The notes: a model not told the origin generated them from the sequence alone. Shown: positions 1-12,098, numbered from the stretch's first letter. The stretch is DNA of 64,000 nt from Felis catus (GCF_018350175.1 NC_058369.1:12834001-12898000), one strand, 5' to 3'. Numbers and translations are program-made.

Positions 1-360
1 GTAGGAGGGGCCCACGTGTCACCGTCGAGAGGGGGACCCTCAGTCCATTTTAAAATGTACAGTTCTGTGTCTTGGCACATTCACCGTGTCGTGTGGCCAT
101 CCCCACCTCCGTGTTGCTCCAGAGCTCGGATCGTCCCAAACAGAAATTCCGCACCGGGGTGTGTAATTCATTCTCCCCATCCTCTCAAGGCAGGAAGTCA
201 CGTTCCTGTTCTTCTGTAGGGACGACCCAAGGCCCAGAACAGCTGAGTGGCCCCCCCAGGGAGCTCGGCCCCAGATCCCAGCCACGGGGTTCCATTTGAC
301 AAAGGGCCTTGATTAGAAGGAGGATCGAGAGGATCGAGCCTTTATGAGAAGTAGGAATAG

Positions 361-530
361 GGGCCCCTGGGTGGCTCAGTGGCCCGAGCGTCCGACTTCG
401 GCTCAGGCCACGATCTCGCGGTCCGTGAGTTCGAGCCCCGCGTCGGGCTCGTTGCTGTCTATTCCCCTCCCTCCCTCCCCCTCTCTGGCTTGCACCCTCT
501 CAAAAATAAGTAAAAAAACATTTTTTTTTA
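361..530 (+). mobile_element. CanSINE (tRNA-derived), internally deleted; a short antisense SINE follows at about 630-730
   Basis: TGGCTCAGT A-box, GTTCGAGCC B-box, CT tract, A tail. Confidence 0.85.
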
Positions 531-864
531 GAAAGGGACTAAATAGTGCTGTTTGGGGGGGGGGGAATCAAACACTTCATAGTTCCTTGCTCTGCCCAAA
601 TTTGAGGGACTATTTTTGTTTTGGGGTTTAAGATTTTATTTTTAAGCAATCACTACACCCAGCGTGGGGCTCAAACTCACAACCCCACAATCAAGAGTTG
701 CACACCCGACTGACTGGGTCAGCCCGGCACCGTGTTTTGGGGGTTTTTTTGTTTGTTTGTTTTTTAATGAGTTAAGTTGAGATCAAAGCCTTTGTGAAAA
801 AGACAAAGGCCTTCAAGTCCCCAGGCAACCCCCGCCTCCAACTCCCTCTGCTCTGTGTCCCCAG

Positions 865-946
865 CAGGTCTGGGCAGCCCCGGCACCCACAGTCACCTGG
901 GAGAGCAGCAGAGAGGACCCGGCACCCCATCGGAAAAACTGTACCG
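865..946 (+). CDS. MYO9B: MYO9B exon, loop-2 insertion (AGLGSPG...SEKLYR)
   Basis: CAGCAG tandem acceptor (start 865 or 868), donor CG|GTGAGC, phase 1 to 2. Confidence 0.9.
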
Positions 947-2059
947 GTGAGCGAGACCTTGATTTGTCCAAACCGCAGCTAGTATGCCGTGGCAGTAATT
1001 GTTTCAAACAATGCCAGAAACCCTACACCCTGAACCCAGGTTGGGGTTGACCTGGATAAGGAACTCAACTGCCACGTGAATCAAAAAGGACCCAGAAACA
1101 AATGGCATCTGGTTGCCGCTTTTCTGCACACAGAAAGACAGGCCTCCATGCATCAGCTGCCTTCGGGAGATGTTGCACGGCTCACTTTACAAAGGATTCT
1201 TTTCACGGCCGGTCATGGCCATTGGCGGGTGGGGCCCAGAAGCTGCTGGTTGCACCGAGCAACAGGCTTGATTGAAGAGCACATCCTGCCCTAGGCTGGC
1301 CGGGGTGTCCTGAAAGAGATATGCCGAGTCACTTCATGTGTCATTGCACGCAAGAGGATGAGGGTATTTTGTGGCCACGGGCCTCCCACATACCCCAGTT
1401 TGTACTGAATGTAGAAGTGAGCAGCGAGTACTCTCAGGAAGGTGGGGTTACAAAAAAAAAAAAAAATAGGCCATACTGGACAGACATCCAAGGCAATGAC
1501 AAAGCCAGGGGAGGGACACTTCTGGTGTCTTGAGAGAGTCAGGCAGGCTGTACTGAGAAGGGACCAGTTGAGCCAGACGAGGCAGGCAGGGTGTGCTGGC
1601 AGGTGCGGGCGGCACATGCAAAGGCCCTGCGGCAGCCAAGTTCCCAACGTCTTTCTCAACACTCACAAATACCCAAGGAGCAGGCCAGTAAATATTGAAA
1701 CTTGAAAAGATCATTTTATGTTTGAGCCCTTCACAACAAAAACCTCTTCAAGAGATTCATAACAACGTACGCGTTGGAGGTGGAACTAGCTACCGAGGCA
1801 AGTGACCCTAAGTCATTTGTCTGAAAGCACCGCGTGTCCTTTTCCTGGTTTTACGAGGTACATTTTTAAATCCACTTTTTCACCCAAAAGGGGGCAAGAG
1901 AAAAACGAACACCTCTCTTTATTTGCTTGTGTGTTTTCCCCCCACCACAAAGACCGAACGTGGCCCCTGACCCACATTCGCTGGAGTGACGCCAGTCTCC
2001 CCAGGGCCTGGCCCCTAGGCTGCGGGTCCCCATTCCAGGACCGCGTTTAGTTTACACAG

Positions 2060-2112
2060 GTTCGATATTAACGCTTTTGAGGACACATCATTGCTTTCTA
2101 TGAAAGCAAGAA
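2060..2112 (+). pseudogene. MYO9B: Frameshifted relic of the MYO9B loop-2 cassette exon (FDINAFED / IIAFYESKN)
   Basis: TTTACACAG| acceptor and AA|GTAAGG donor; removing AC at 2085-2086 gives an in-phase peptide resembling the recalled rodent Myo9b insert. Confidence 0.7.
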
Positions 2113-2821
2113 GTAAGGAGAAGCAAGGGCCTTCGAACCCGAGACCAGGAAGGCACACAGAGGAGCCGCCGTCCCCAGGCGCTCAGCGTGGCGTCCAGGG
2201 CCAGGAGTGGGGATCCGCAGGCTATGGGGGTGCCGGGGCCTGCTGGGAGCACTCTAGCCAGATTTAGCGGGGTCGGGAAGCAGGGAGGGGAGCGCGGGTT
2301 GAAGCCATAGGCCTTGTCCAGAGCTCTGGGCGCTGCGCTGACCGCTCGGGGGGTGGAGGTGAAATGTGACCCCTCTGTTGTCTTTGCTCTGTGCCTCCCT
2401 GGAGGGCGAGGGAGCAGAGGTAAGTGTGGCTGTCCAGGCCCTAGGCATGGTGCATGGAACACAGACCGGGGACTGCCGGTCGGGGTCTTTCCAGGCCAAC
2501 TGCCCAGAGCTTAAACATGTATTTGAAATAACTGGAATGAGGAATTTTTAGAAAGAAACAAAACAAACCCAGAACCTCCCGACTCCTCCCGCAGTCACCG
2601 GCACCTCGTTCCCAGAAACCCCATGAGGACATTTGTCATCTAGACATCCTTCATGAATCCTCACTTTCAGAGCATCTGATTTTCATCTGTGATCCATTCT
2701 TGTTCTCACGCGTCGGTGCCGAAGTGTGGGCCCGGAACATACGCCCCGCCCTGAACCCCCAGGAATTGAACGAAAGGAAGTGAATGAGATTGACTTCTTT
2801 GGGGCAAAGATCTCCTTCAAC

Positions 2822-3055
2822 TAGGGTCTCCCACCCTCACCACTGGGCCGGGCCACTCTCTGTGGTGGGACCGTCCCTTGTACTGGAGGGGGTCGAGCAG
2901 CATCCCGGCCAGATGCCAGGAGCACCGCCCCACCCACCCCCCCGCCCCAAGTCATGACAACCATAAATGTCTCCATAAATGTCAACCATTTATGTCTCCA
3001 AAACATAAATGCCTTGCCCGGAGGGTAGCATCTCAAGCCGCTGGTGGAGAACCAC
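2822..3055 (-). mobile_element. MER20-like DNA transposon fragment
   Basis: AGCAGCATCCCGGCC...AGATGCCAG...GACAACCATAAATGTCTCC...GAGAACCAC; internal CCATAAATGTC duplications. Confidence 0.6.
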
Positions 3056-3514
3056 CGTGCGAATCCTGGTCCGCTCCTCCTGAGGCCTTTCTCGAAGCCG
3101 ACACGGAGGTTGACGTGTGGCCACAGAATCCTCAAGAAAAACCGAGGGGCTACCTCCCACCGGCACCCTCTGGTCCTTTCTTTTCAGTAGCCCCTGATGC
3201 CTTGTCACAGATTCCAGAAGCCTGTTCTACGTGAGGCCTTTTTCAGTGATCTGAGCCGCCAGGTTGCAAAACCCATTCTGCCCGGAGCGACCCTGGCCCT
3301 CCCAGAGAAGGGGGAGCCACTCTTGGCCGAACCCCGCCCCCCCCTCCCCAGTGCAGGATGGAGAGACCGTGGCGCACACGCTCGCCAGCTGCATGTTTCG
3401 GCTCCAGTGGCCTGGGGAGGGTCCCGACCGCGCTGGGGACCCCAAGGTGGCGGGCCTGCTGCTCTAACTCGGTCTTCTCCCTGTCACTGCGCCCCTCCCC
3501 CTCCCCACTCTCAG

Positions 3515-3628
3515 CGATTTGCATGACCAAATCATCAAGACCATCAAAGGATTGCCCTGGCAGGGTGAGGACCCCCGTAGGCTTCTCCAGTCCCTCAGTC
3601 GGCTCCAGAAACCCCGCACCTTCATCCT
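3515..3628 (+). CDS. MYO9B: MYO9B exon ([21 protein letters not shown]...PRTFIL)
   Basis: CTCAG| acceptor, |GTGAGT donor, 114 nt, phase 2 to 2. Confidence 0.95.
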
Positions 3629-5074
3629 GTGAGTCCCCCCCAAGGCTGCGGCGCCTCCCTCCCTGTCCCCCTGACCCCGCAACAAGTGCAACGGCCGCCC
3701 CCCCTCGCTCCCAGGACCCCCGGCCTGCGGGCTGCCCGTAATGCTGAGTCGGCCGCTGCCAATGTGACGTCTCGTGGCTCCGTTTGTACACCAGCCTTTG
3801 CTCAATGGCGCTCGTAACACGCCTACCCCAGCGTCTGCCCTGTGCCCCTAGCCCTTGCCAGCTCCCGGCGCAGCTTTGCGGGAACGCCCCTCCCACAAAG
3901 CATCTCTTGTTCTGCCCGCAGGCGTGCAGAGAGCAGGCCTCGTCTTTCCCTACCTCCTGCCACCGTGCGCTCGTAAAAAAGCTGTCAGAAGCGGAGCCTC
4001 CGTGGCCCTGCTCTGTGTGGACAGCAGTGCGACGTGGTAGGAAGGGCCCAGAAGCCACACAAACTAGGTTTGGACGCGGTTAGCTCTGGCTAACCCGCCA
4101 TGTGGCCTGAGTGCTCTGAGCTCTCGGCCTCTGTGTCCAAAGCAAGGGTCACGACTCTCAGAGCACCCGGCGGGCGGCCGCCTCGGTTGGTGGGACGCCC
4201 GTGGCCGCTCCGGGCCCGAGCCGGCGGAGAGCAGAGCTTGTGCCCGCAAGGGCACCGGTTTTCAAATCCGTTTTCATTCCTGGGGATCGAGGTGGCACCT
4301 GACGCACAGCGAAGCCCACAGCCAAGCGTCTTGCTGATCTGTGGGGCACCCTCTCCTCGGCTGCTCTCCAAAGCGAGCCGCCCCGCAAGTTATAGAAAAC
4401 TTTTCTTTCGCCTGCAAGGTTTCCGTAAAGTGTCTGAGAATGAGGGGCCTACCGTGCCCCTTCCCTTGCCCCCAAAGATTGGCTTTTGTTTTTTTCCTTC
4501 CCACCATCGTGAGCCTGAAAAGCACTCCTACCCAAACCCCATTGCAGTTCTTTGCAGGGCAGACACCCCCCCACTCCACTTGCCAGGGGGTCCCAAAGAG
4601 GCTCTGTGGGCCTACTTGGCACTTCCCAATGTGTAGCGAATAAAGCCAGGACGCCCGGCCGGCGTCAGAACCGCGCGGGGTCCCCCAAAGCTCCGTTTGG
4701 GGCACTTTTTGAGATCTGTAGCTGGCCCCGTACAGATGCACGTTCTGCCCTACCGATCACCAGCGGCCCCTCTTGCCCCCCGGACATCCGAGTGGCCCCA
4801 GGCTAGGTGCCCCTGCCACTTCGGGGGCCGCCGCTGGCCCGGTAAAGTTCACGTCCAGCTACAGAAGCACCCCACACGTGCGCAGGGAGGGCCCGCCGGG
4901 GCTTCGGTGGCGGCGGGGGGGGGGGGGGGGCGCCTCGTTGCACTTGTGCCTCCCGACTGTGCTTCCTCTGCTCTCCGCTCCCTCTAACCCGCAAGGCGTG
5001 GCTTGCTGAACTAACCCAAACCTCTGGACACCGTGTTCCCTCTATTCACGAAACCATTTTTAATATTTTGACAG

Positions 5075-5114
5075 GAAAAGTAAAGGTATCAAACAAAAGC
5101 AGCTCATTCCAAAG
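5075..5114 (+). CDS. MYO9B: MYO9B 40-nt exon (KSKGIKQKQLIPK)
   Basis: GACAG| acceptor, AAG|GTAAAC donor; ACTAAC-type branch candidates near 4984 and 5010. Confidence 0.93.
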
Positions 5115-6219
5115 GTAAACGTTCGCGACACCGTCCGAGGCCACCTCCTTGCTTTTGCCTGTCTTGAGAGCGCCTGGCTCAACCTGCCTTCCGGAAAATG
5201 GGAGGGGGAGAGGGGGAGGAGGCACTTTTAACTTCTCCAGCTTTGTAGTCCCTTCCTCTTCCCACCATCACCCCCTGCCCCCCCCTCCGCTCCCCTCCAA
5301 AAATAAGTGCTCGCGTGGAAATGATTTGGAGCTGTCTTTGGGTTTCCCGGAAGCAGGGTGCGTGATGGGGGTAGGATATTTGCAGAAGCGTGTGGAGGGG
5401 AGAAGCAGGCTGGGGCGGGGGAACTGAGCGAGGAGGTGGGCTCGGCCTCATCCCACCGGAGCCTCGGGGTGTGAACAGCACCACAGAGCTTTTCCTGCCC
5501 AGAGGCGATGGGACCCTTCTGTCCTACCCCCACTTGGGGGGTCTTTAGCTACGAGCCACCTCCGGAGGGCGGGACAGGGTGCAGCACCTTCCTGGCCTGT
5601 CTGGGAGAGGATGCCCTTCAGCCAGGGAAGCCCCACCAGGAAGGGGGTAACCGTGCGTTGCCAGCAGCCAAGACCCCAGTAGCCGGCCTTGGCCGAAGTG
5701 CACCCAGCCTCTGTCTAGTCTCCACACACGGTGTGCGGATGGATCAGGAAGTCTGCAAAAGTGAGAAAAACCCCTCAGTGCATCCAGCGGATGGGACGGT
5801 GCTATTCCTCTTGTCAGCTGCGACTAAGTGTTGGCACACATGGTGGGGGGACCAGACCAGCCTTATGGATAAGCTCATGCAAAAGTGCAGGAGACTTGGC
5901 GGTCCTGGAGCTCGACAGGAGGGAGGTGGCACGCTGGAGCCCTTGGCTTCTGGGCACTCGGGCTGCCAAAGAGGCTGTAATCAGTCCTTCCAGAGCCGGC
6001 ACCATGTGCAGGCTAAAGCCCAGGTTCGGCCCCAGGGCGGTCCCCGCCTCCCGCCAGGCCCACCATCCCCTACCCTCCAGCAGCCCTGTCCCGAGACTGA
6101 TCCCAAGAACTGCCCCCCCCCCCCCAGAACACAGTCCTGGCTCTGGGGCATCTACGATGCCTCCCAGTGCCCACTGGGACCCCAGGAGGGCAGGCCAGAC
6201 CCCCATGTGTCTGTCCTAG

Positions 6220-6342
6220 AACCTGCTGGACTCCAAGTCGCTGAAGCTCATCATCAGCATGACGCTGCACGATCGCACCACCAAGTCCCTGCTGCACCTA
6301 CACAAGAAAAAGAAACCGCCGAGCATCAGCGCCCAGTTCCAG
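6220..6342 (+). CDS. MYO9B: MYO9B exon ([10 protein letters not shown]...PPSISAQFQ)
   Basis: AG/GT bounded, 123 nt, class IX myosin motif. Confidence 0.96.
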
Positions 6343-6431
6343 GTGGGCAGCCTAGAGAGGCCAGAGGTGACGTGAGACTCAACCCGATGCGCTCGTGACT
6401 TGGCCACGACAGACCCAACAAATTTTTACCC

Positions 6432-6612
6432 TAGGGCTTCCTGGCCTCAGCATTGTTTGACATTTGGGGCTGGATCATTCTCCACGGTGGGGGTCATCCT
6501 GTGCATTCTGGGATGCACAGTAGCATCTTCCAGTTGTGGCAACCAAAAATGTTCCCAGTCATGGCCATGTGCTCTGGAGGTGAGGCAGAATCACCCCTGT
6601 TTTGAACCATTG
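6432..6612 (-). mobile_element. MER20-like fragment
   Basis: TTGACATTTGGGGCTGGATCATTCT...GTCATCCTGTGCATT...CAACCAAAAATGT. Confidence 0.6.
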
Positions 6613-7196
6613 AGTTAAAATAACGGATTAACGTGTTATGATGTTACATCATGTTTCCCTTTTCTCCGTGGCTGCCAGGAAGCTCAGAGGCATTTTTTTT
6701 TTTTTTTAAGGGGGCTCAATGGCTGCCGCTAACCCTCACCATTAGCTTTTTTTGTCCCTTTCCTCTTTTTCAATCTGAGTCTTTTGTGCCCATCTTGGCC
6801 TTTTTGGCAAATTACCTCACCTGGAAGCTCCTGAAAATCCTTTTTGTAAATAGCAGGCCAAAGACCAAAGTCAGTGTATCTGTGTTTCCTTCTGAAGCTG
6901 TCTAGCATTTTAAATGCCCAGAAGTTTGGTCCCACTCCCCCTAACACTCCTGCTGAGACAAAGAGCTAGGAGACCCTGGGAAGATGACAGCTGTCAGCTC
7001 TGGGGACCCTACAGCTCTCTTGGGGCTCCCAGAGGTAGTTCAGCCTCTAATGAGAATGTCCACCTACAACCTCCCGTGTCCTGCATCACTACTGATGCCA
7101 GCAAGTGACCTGGGTCCCCTCCCACTGAGCAGCGTGCCTCTTGGGGGCGGGGGGGGGGGGCGGTCCCAGCTCAAGACCTTCTCCCTCTTTCCCCAG

Positions 7197-7277
7197 ACGT
7201 CCCTAAACAAGCTCCTGGAGACACTGGGGAAGGCGGAGCCCTTCTTTATCCGCTGCATCCGCTCTAATGCCGAGAAG
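7197..7277 (+). CDS. MYO9B: MYO9B exon (TSLNKLL...[11 protein letters not shown])
   Basis: AG/GT bounded, 81 nt, myosin FIRCI motif. Confidence 0.97.
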
Positions 7278-8441
7278 GTGAGTAGCTCCAGTGTCTTGGG
7301 GAAGTGAAGGCCAAGGTCTGGTGGCTCAGCGGGGGGTATTCCTGTGTTGCCGTGGCCTCTTGGGGGCCGCGAAAAGCCTCAAGGAACCAAGTGTTCAGCC
7401 AGGTTCCGGGAGCGGTAAATAGCCTGCCGAGGGCAGCCAGGTGGCCAACCAAAAGCAGCGACATCGTCTGGAACATGGAGGGGCCCCAGAGGTTTGCTCA
7501 AGAAGGGACAGGTCAAGCGTGTCCCGGATCAGCCAGTGCAGAAAATGTGGCAGAGGGAGAGGGTGAGATCACACGGCAGAAGCATAGAGGCTGCTGTTCA
7601 TTTGATTGGAAAGCTTCTGGAAAGACTCAGTGGAGCACCACTGGGGGCCCTAGTAGTGGGCTCAGCCCTCACTCCCAGGCTTCCTTTGCCCCAGGGGTCC
7701 ACTGGCCATTCTGCCCCCTTGGGAGCTTGGCGGGGGGCTCTTCAGGATCTGGACCTACCCCCTTTGTCTCTACTCTTCCCATTTCCCTGGCTCTCCCCTG
7801 CTCCTGGGACCGTCCTCTTCTGGGCCTTTACCTGGCTGCTCCCCGCCCTCCTCCTCCTCCTGCCTATTCCCTCCTCAGGACCTGGCCCAGGGTCCCCTCT
7901 CCTGTTGGACACTTCCCAGGGGGGCCCAGGCAGTGTCTGCCCCATTCCCACATGCGCCTGGCTCCCACCTCCAGACCTTACTCCCCTCTTGGCCAAATCC
8001 TTAGTGTTTACCCCAGGGCCTGGCACAGAGTACGAGCTCAACACAGGTTTTGATTGCAGTCCTTAAGAAATAACTCTTCGCAGCAAATTATCCTAAATTG
8101 AGCAGTGAGAAATGGCATCTGTCTCCCAGACAGCAGGGAATAGAGCAGCTCAGACGCCAGATTTTCCAGAAGAGATGAATACCTTAAGCACCAGTGCTGA
8201 ACAGCCCCAGCTCTTGATTCCAAAAAGAATGTCTGGGACAAGGAAAGAAGGGTCCTCCGGGTGCCCGCGGCTGCCGTGCTGGGGACATTCTGACCAGCCG
8301 GGGGGGCCCGTGTGGGCTCCCGGACCATGCTCATGTCCAGAATCCTACAGGACCTCGTGCCTACAGATCCCCGTCCCCGGCTGCCGACGCTTGATTGTCC
8401 CACAGCTGGCACCCGTCCTGATGGCTCATATCCCGTTTCAG

Positions 8442-8552
8442 AAAGAGCTGTGTTTCGACGACGAGCTGGTGCTGCAGCAGCTACGCTACACGGGCATGCT
8501 GGAGACAGTGCGGATCCGGAGGTCAGGCTACAGTGCCAAGTACACGTTCCAG
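8442..8552 (+). CDS. MYO9B: MYO9B exon (KELCFDD...[18 protein letters not shown]...FQ)
   Basis: AG/GT bounded, 111 nt, SH1/SH2 helix motif. Confidence 0.97.
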
Positions 8553-9007
8553 GTAAGCCACACACTCGTGGCCGTCGTGACAGGGCAGAGGGCTGGCCAC
8601 CTCCCTCTTTGAGAGAGAACGCTTCTCTGGAACATGAGCCCAGGGGGTTACGCTGTGCCAGGGCTTCTCCGCTCCGGCCCTGTTGGCATTTATACCAGTC
8701 ATTTCAGAGGTCGGGGTGGGGAGAGGGAGCAAGTTTTCTTGGAAGAGGTGGCTGGGCCCAGGCCAAGCCTGGAAGGATACAGAGTTGTAAAGCCAAGCCG
8801 GGAAGAGGGAATGACAGGAGCAGATCCCTGCACAGCTCTGCCCTCTGTTGAGCATCTTCGGCAACAGACGCTTTTATACCCATCTCTTTTATTCTGCCAA
8901 ACCAACAGCAGGCGGTCCTGGCTTCTGTTTTGCCAGTGCGGAAACTGAGCCCCAGGAGGTGATGACTTCATAGATGGCTCCCTGGGCTTTTTAGAAACAC
9001 AAAAGGA

Positions 9008-9720
9008 GGGGTGCCTGGGTGGCTCAGTCGGTTAAGCGTCCGACTTCGGCTCAGGTCATGATCTCACGGTCCGTGAGTTCGAGCCCCGCGTGGGGCTCTG
9101 TGCTGACAGCTCAGAGCCTGGAGCCTGCTTCAGATTCTGTGTCTCCCTCTCTCTCTGACCCTCCCCCATTCATGCTCTGTCTCTCTCTGTCTCAAAAATA
9201 AATAAACATTAAAAAAAAAAAATTTAAAAAAAAAAAAAAAGAAACACAAAAGGATCAGAGGTGCCTGGGTGGCTCAGTCGGTTAGACATCCGACTTCAGC
9301 TCTGCTCATGATCTCATGGTTCATGAGTTCAAGCCCCACATCAGGTTGTGTGCTCACAGTATGGAGCCTGCTTGGGATTCTTTCTCCTCCTCTCTCTCTG
9401 CCCCTTGCCTGCTCCTCTCTCTCTCTCTCTCTCTCAAAAGAAGAGAAAAGAAAAGAAAAGAAAAACACAAAAGGATCAGAGGTGCCTGGGTGGCTCAGTC
9501 GGTTAGACATCCAACTTCAGCTCTGGTCACGATCTCATGGTTTGAGTTCGAGCCCCACATCAGGCTCCACGCTAATGGTGCAGAGCCTGCTTGGGATTCT
9601 CTCCCTCTCTGCCACTTCGCCGCATGTGTTTATGCACGTGCACGCACTCTCTGTCTCTCTCTCTCTCTCTCAAGATAAATAAACTTAAAAAAAAGGAGAA
9701 AGAACAAGAAGAAAAAAACC
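9008..9720 (+). mobile_element. Three head-to-tail CanSINEs (about 9008-9240, 9259-9465, 9480-9720)
   Basis: Each has A/B boxes, CT tract and A tail; separated by repeated AAACACAAAAGGA. Confidence 0.92.
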
Positions 9721-9767
9721 CACAAAGGATCATTACTAACCTCAAGTTGGCAAAGACCAAATTGCTA

Positions 9768-9986
9768 AAGCAGTTTCTCACCTGCAGTACCATGGACACT
9801 GAGGGCCACCAGGTCATTCGCTGCAGGGGCTGCCCTGTGCATTATGGGATGTTGAGCAGCATCCCTGGGTCTCCACCCACTCGATGTCAGTAACACCCAC
9901 CGCTCCCGAGTTGGGAGAACCCTGGATGTCTCCCGACATCACCACATGTCCCCGGTGATAAGCTGGCCTAGGTTGAGAACCCCTGG
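9768..9986 (-). mobile_element. MER20-like element
   Basis: GCAGTTTCTCA...GGGCTGCCCTGTGCATTATGGGATGTTGAGCAGCATCCCTGG...GGTTGAGAACCCCTG. Confidence 0.7.
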
Positions 9987-10604
9987 CTCGTGCCCTGAAC
10001 TGGCACCACCTGTATGAGCACTGACGTGAGCCCCGGGCCTGAAGCCAGTGGCACCTGGTCCCCAATCCAGCTGCCCCCACATGGCCTCGGGGACATGGCT
10101 CCATCACGGCCTGCCTCCTTTTTCTCATCCGCAGAATGGAAATAGCATCTCTCTGACCCTGTATAAATAGAAAAGGCAAAATCCCAGAAACGGGAGGAAA
10201 TGCTAGTGTATTTCACTAATGCTTGGTTCCTAAAAATTTGACCTAATTGTTTACTTAAAAGCTCTGTATCTCCAGCTATGACTCAGCCCTCCAACGAGCC
10301 ATAGACCGTGAGCCCCCGCAAAGGCAGCCCTGTCTCCTGGCCACGCCCCCCAACTATGCCAGCCCCCAGTAGGCCCTGGAGAGCCACTCAGCAAGTGGCT
10401 GAAAGACCCTGGTGCTCTGTGTGTGTGGCAGTCTTTCCTAAGCTTTAGGCTGCTGCAGAGAGTCCGAGATTTTAGCTTGGTCAGTGCCATTCCGGTCAAA
10501 CCAGGTCCCGGCTTCGGAAATTTGGGAGTTGCTGGAGCATCATATCCTTGCTGGCGGCGGGAGCACTCAGCAGAGATTCTCTTTTCTTGGCCCCAATCCC
10601 CCAG

Positions 10605-10727
10605 GATTTCACAGAGCAGTTCCAGGTGCTGCTGCCCAAGAACGCCCAGCCCTGCAGGGAGGTCATCTCTGCCCTGCTGGAAAAGATGGACATAGACAAG
10701 AGGAGCTACCAGATCGGGAAGACCAAG
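10605..10727 (+). CDS. MYO9B: MYO9B exon (DFTEQFQ...YQIGKTK), converter
   Basis: AG/GT bounded, 123 nt. Confidence 0.97.
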
Positions 10728-11139
10728 GTCAGGACTCCGGCCCCTCGGGGGGCTTCCAGCGTCCACAGGGTCCTCCCACGGCCTGAAAGACAAGGGACTC
10801 TGCTGCGGAAGTGTCTTTTTTGGGGCCCGGCGCCTATTTCTTCCCAGAAGGCAAAGGGTGCCTCTAAGGGGCGGGGCCCAGACATCACTCCGTTTTCCTG
10901 CTTCCTCACACATAGCCTAGGGCTACTGCAGGGGGCTCAGGGGCCAGTTGGTACCTCTTAATGTCTGGCAGAAGGTCTCATTCCCTTGTGCTCCTTCCAG
11001 ACGCCGTCTCCCACCTCTAGGTACATGCTGGTTGCTTCTTAGTGTTGTGGCACCAGCCACTGTCCCCGTCCAACAGCGGTAAGGTCAGCTCCCGTTAGGG
11101 CTTCATCTGATGTGAAAAGTCCCCGCACAGTTCCCCAGC

Positions 11140-11700
11140 AAGGCAAGCCTAGAGTTACCACGTGACCCAGCAATTCCGTCCACACGTATGGACCCAAAAG
11201 ACCTGGAAAGAAAGCGTCCCAACAAATCCTCATACACGCGTGTTCATAGGGGCACGAGTCACAATAGCCGGAAGGTAGAAAGAAGCCATCCGTTCATCAG
11301 CTGGTGAACGGATTCAAGACACGCGGGCCATCCATATCCATACAATGCAATGTGGTACGGCTCTGATCCAGGTTATGATATGGATGGGGCCTTGACAACA
11401 TTGTGAGCGAGAGAAGAAGCCAGACACAAAAGCCTGTAGTGTGTGATGCCACGTATACGAAACATCCAGAACAGGCAAATCCAGAGAAAGCAGATTAGTG
11501 GTGGCCAGGGGCTGGGGGAGAGGGCCAGGGGGATGACCGCTAATGGGTATGGGCCTCTCCTGGGGGTGGTGGAAATGTTCTGGAGCCAGACAGTTAACGA
11601 TGTTTGCACCATTGTCACGAACGTACCAAATGCCATTGAACTGTTTGCACTGAAATGGTTAGTTTCACGTTACGTGAATTCTCTCACCGTATTAAAAAGC
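11140..11700 (+). mobile_element. Old L1 (L1MB-like) 3' end
   Basis: GACCCAGCAATTCC, GAAAGAAGCC-type motifs, GAAAGCAGATTAGTGGTGGCCAGGGGCTGGG. Confidence 0.75.
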
Positions 11701-11855
11701 TCCCCTTGGTCGGGTCGGTCAGCACGCCAGCTTGGTCTCACGCCCTTCCGGGGTGGGCTGTGCAGAGACCTCCCGGGCACGGGGATTCTGGGGGCTGTGC
11801 TGACCGCCCCTGTGCCCCCCCACCCCCCACCCCCACCCCCGCCCCCGCCCGCCAG

Positions 11856-12005
11856 GTTTTCCTGAAGGAGACCGAGCGGCAAGCCCTGCAGGAGACGCTG
11901 CACCGGGAGGTCGTGCGGAAGATCCTGCTCCTCCAGAGCTGGTTCCGGATGGTGCTGGAACGCCGCCACTTCCTGCAGATGAGGCAGGCGGCCGTCGCCA
12001 TCCAG
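11856..12005 (+). CDS. MYO9B: MYO9B exon (VFLKETERQ...AVAIQ), first IQ
   Basis: AG/GT bounded, 150 nt. Confidence 0.97.
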
Positions 12006-12098
12006 GTACCGGGCGGCCCCCTGCAGGGCTGGGGGTGGGGGCACCCGGGGGGGGGGGGTCCCACGTGCCGGGTCCCTGAATGTCCGCTCCGCCCCCAG

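Noticed and set aside
361-440. tRNA-like A and B boxes
   Set aside because: Heads of tRNA-derived SINEs, no cloverleaf; no true tRNA gene seen in the window
3197-3526. Protein-like ORF (FQKPVLREAFFSDLSRQVAK) upstream of MYO9B exon 3515
   Set aside because: No convincing donor or known homology; could not support it as an exon
5508-6398. 296-aa + strand ORF overlapping a MYO9B exon
   Set aside because: Different frame from the exon, mostly intronic, no recognisable domain; expected in GC-rich DNA
9019-9682. Recurring peptides such as AQSVKRPTSAQVMISRSVSSSP
   Set aside because: Translations of CanSINE copies, not a gene family
8994-9731. Regularly spaced direct repeats superficially like a CRISPR array
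   Set aside because: Eukaryotic DNA; the intervening units are SINEs and the repeats are target-site duplications
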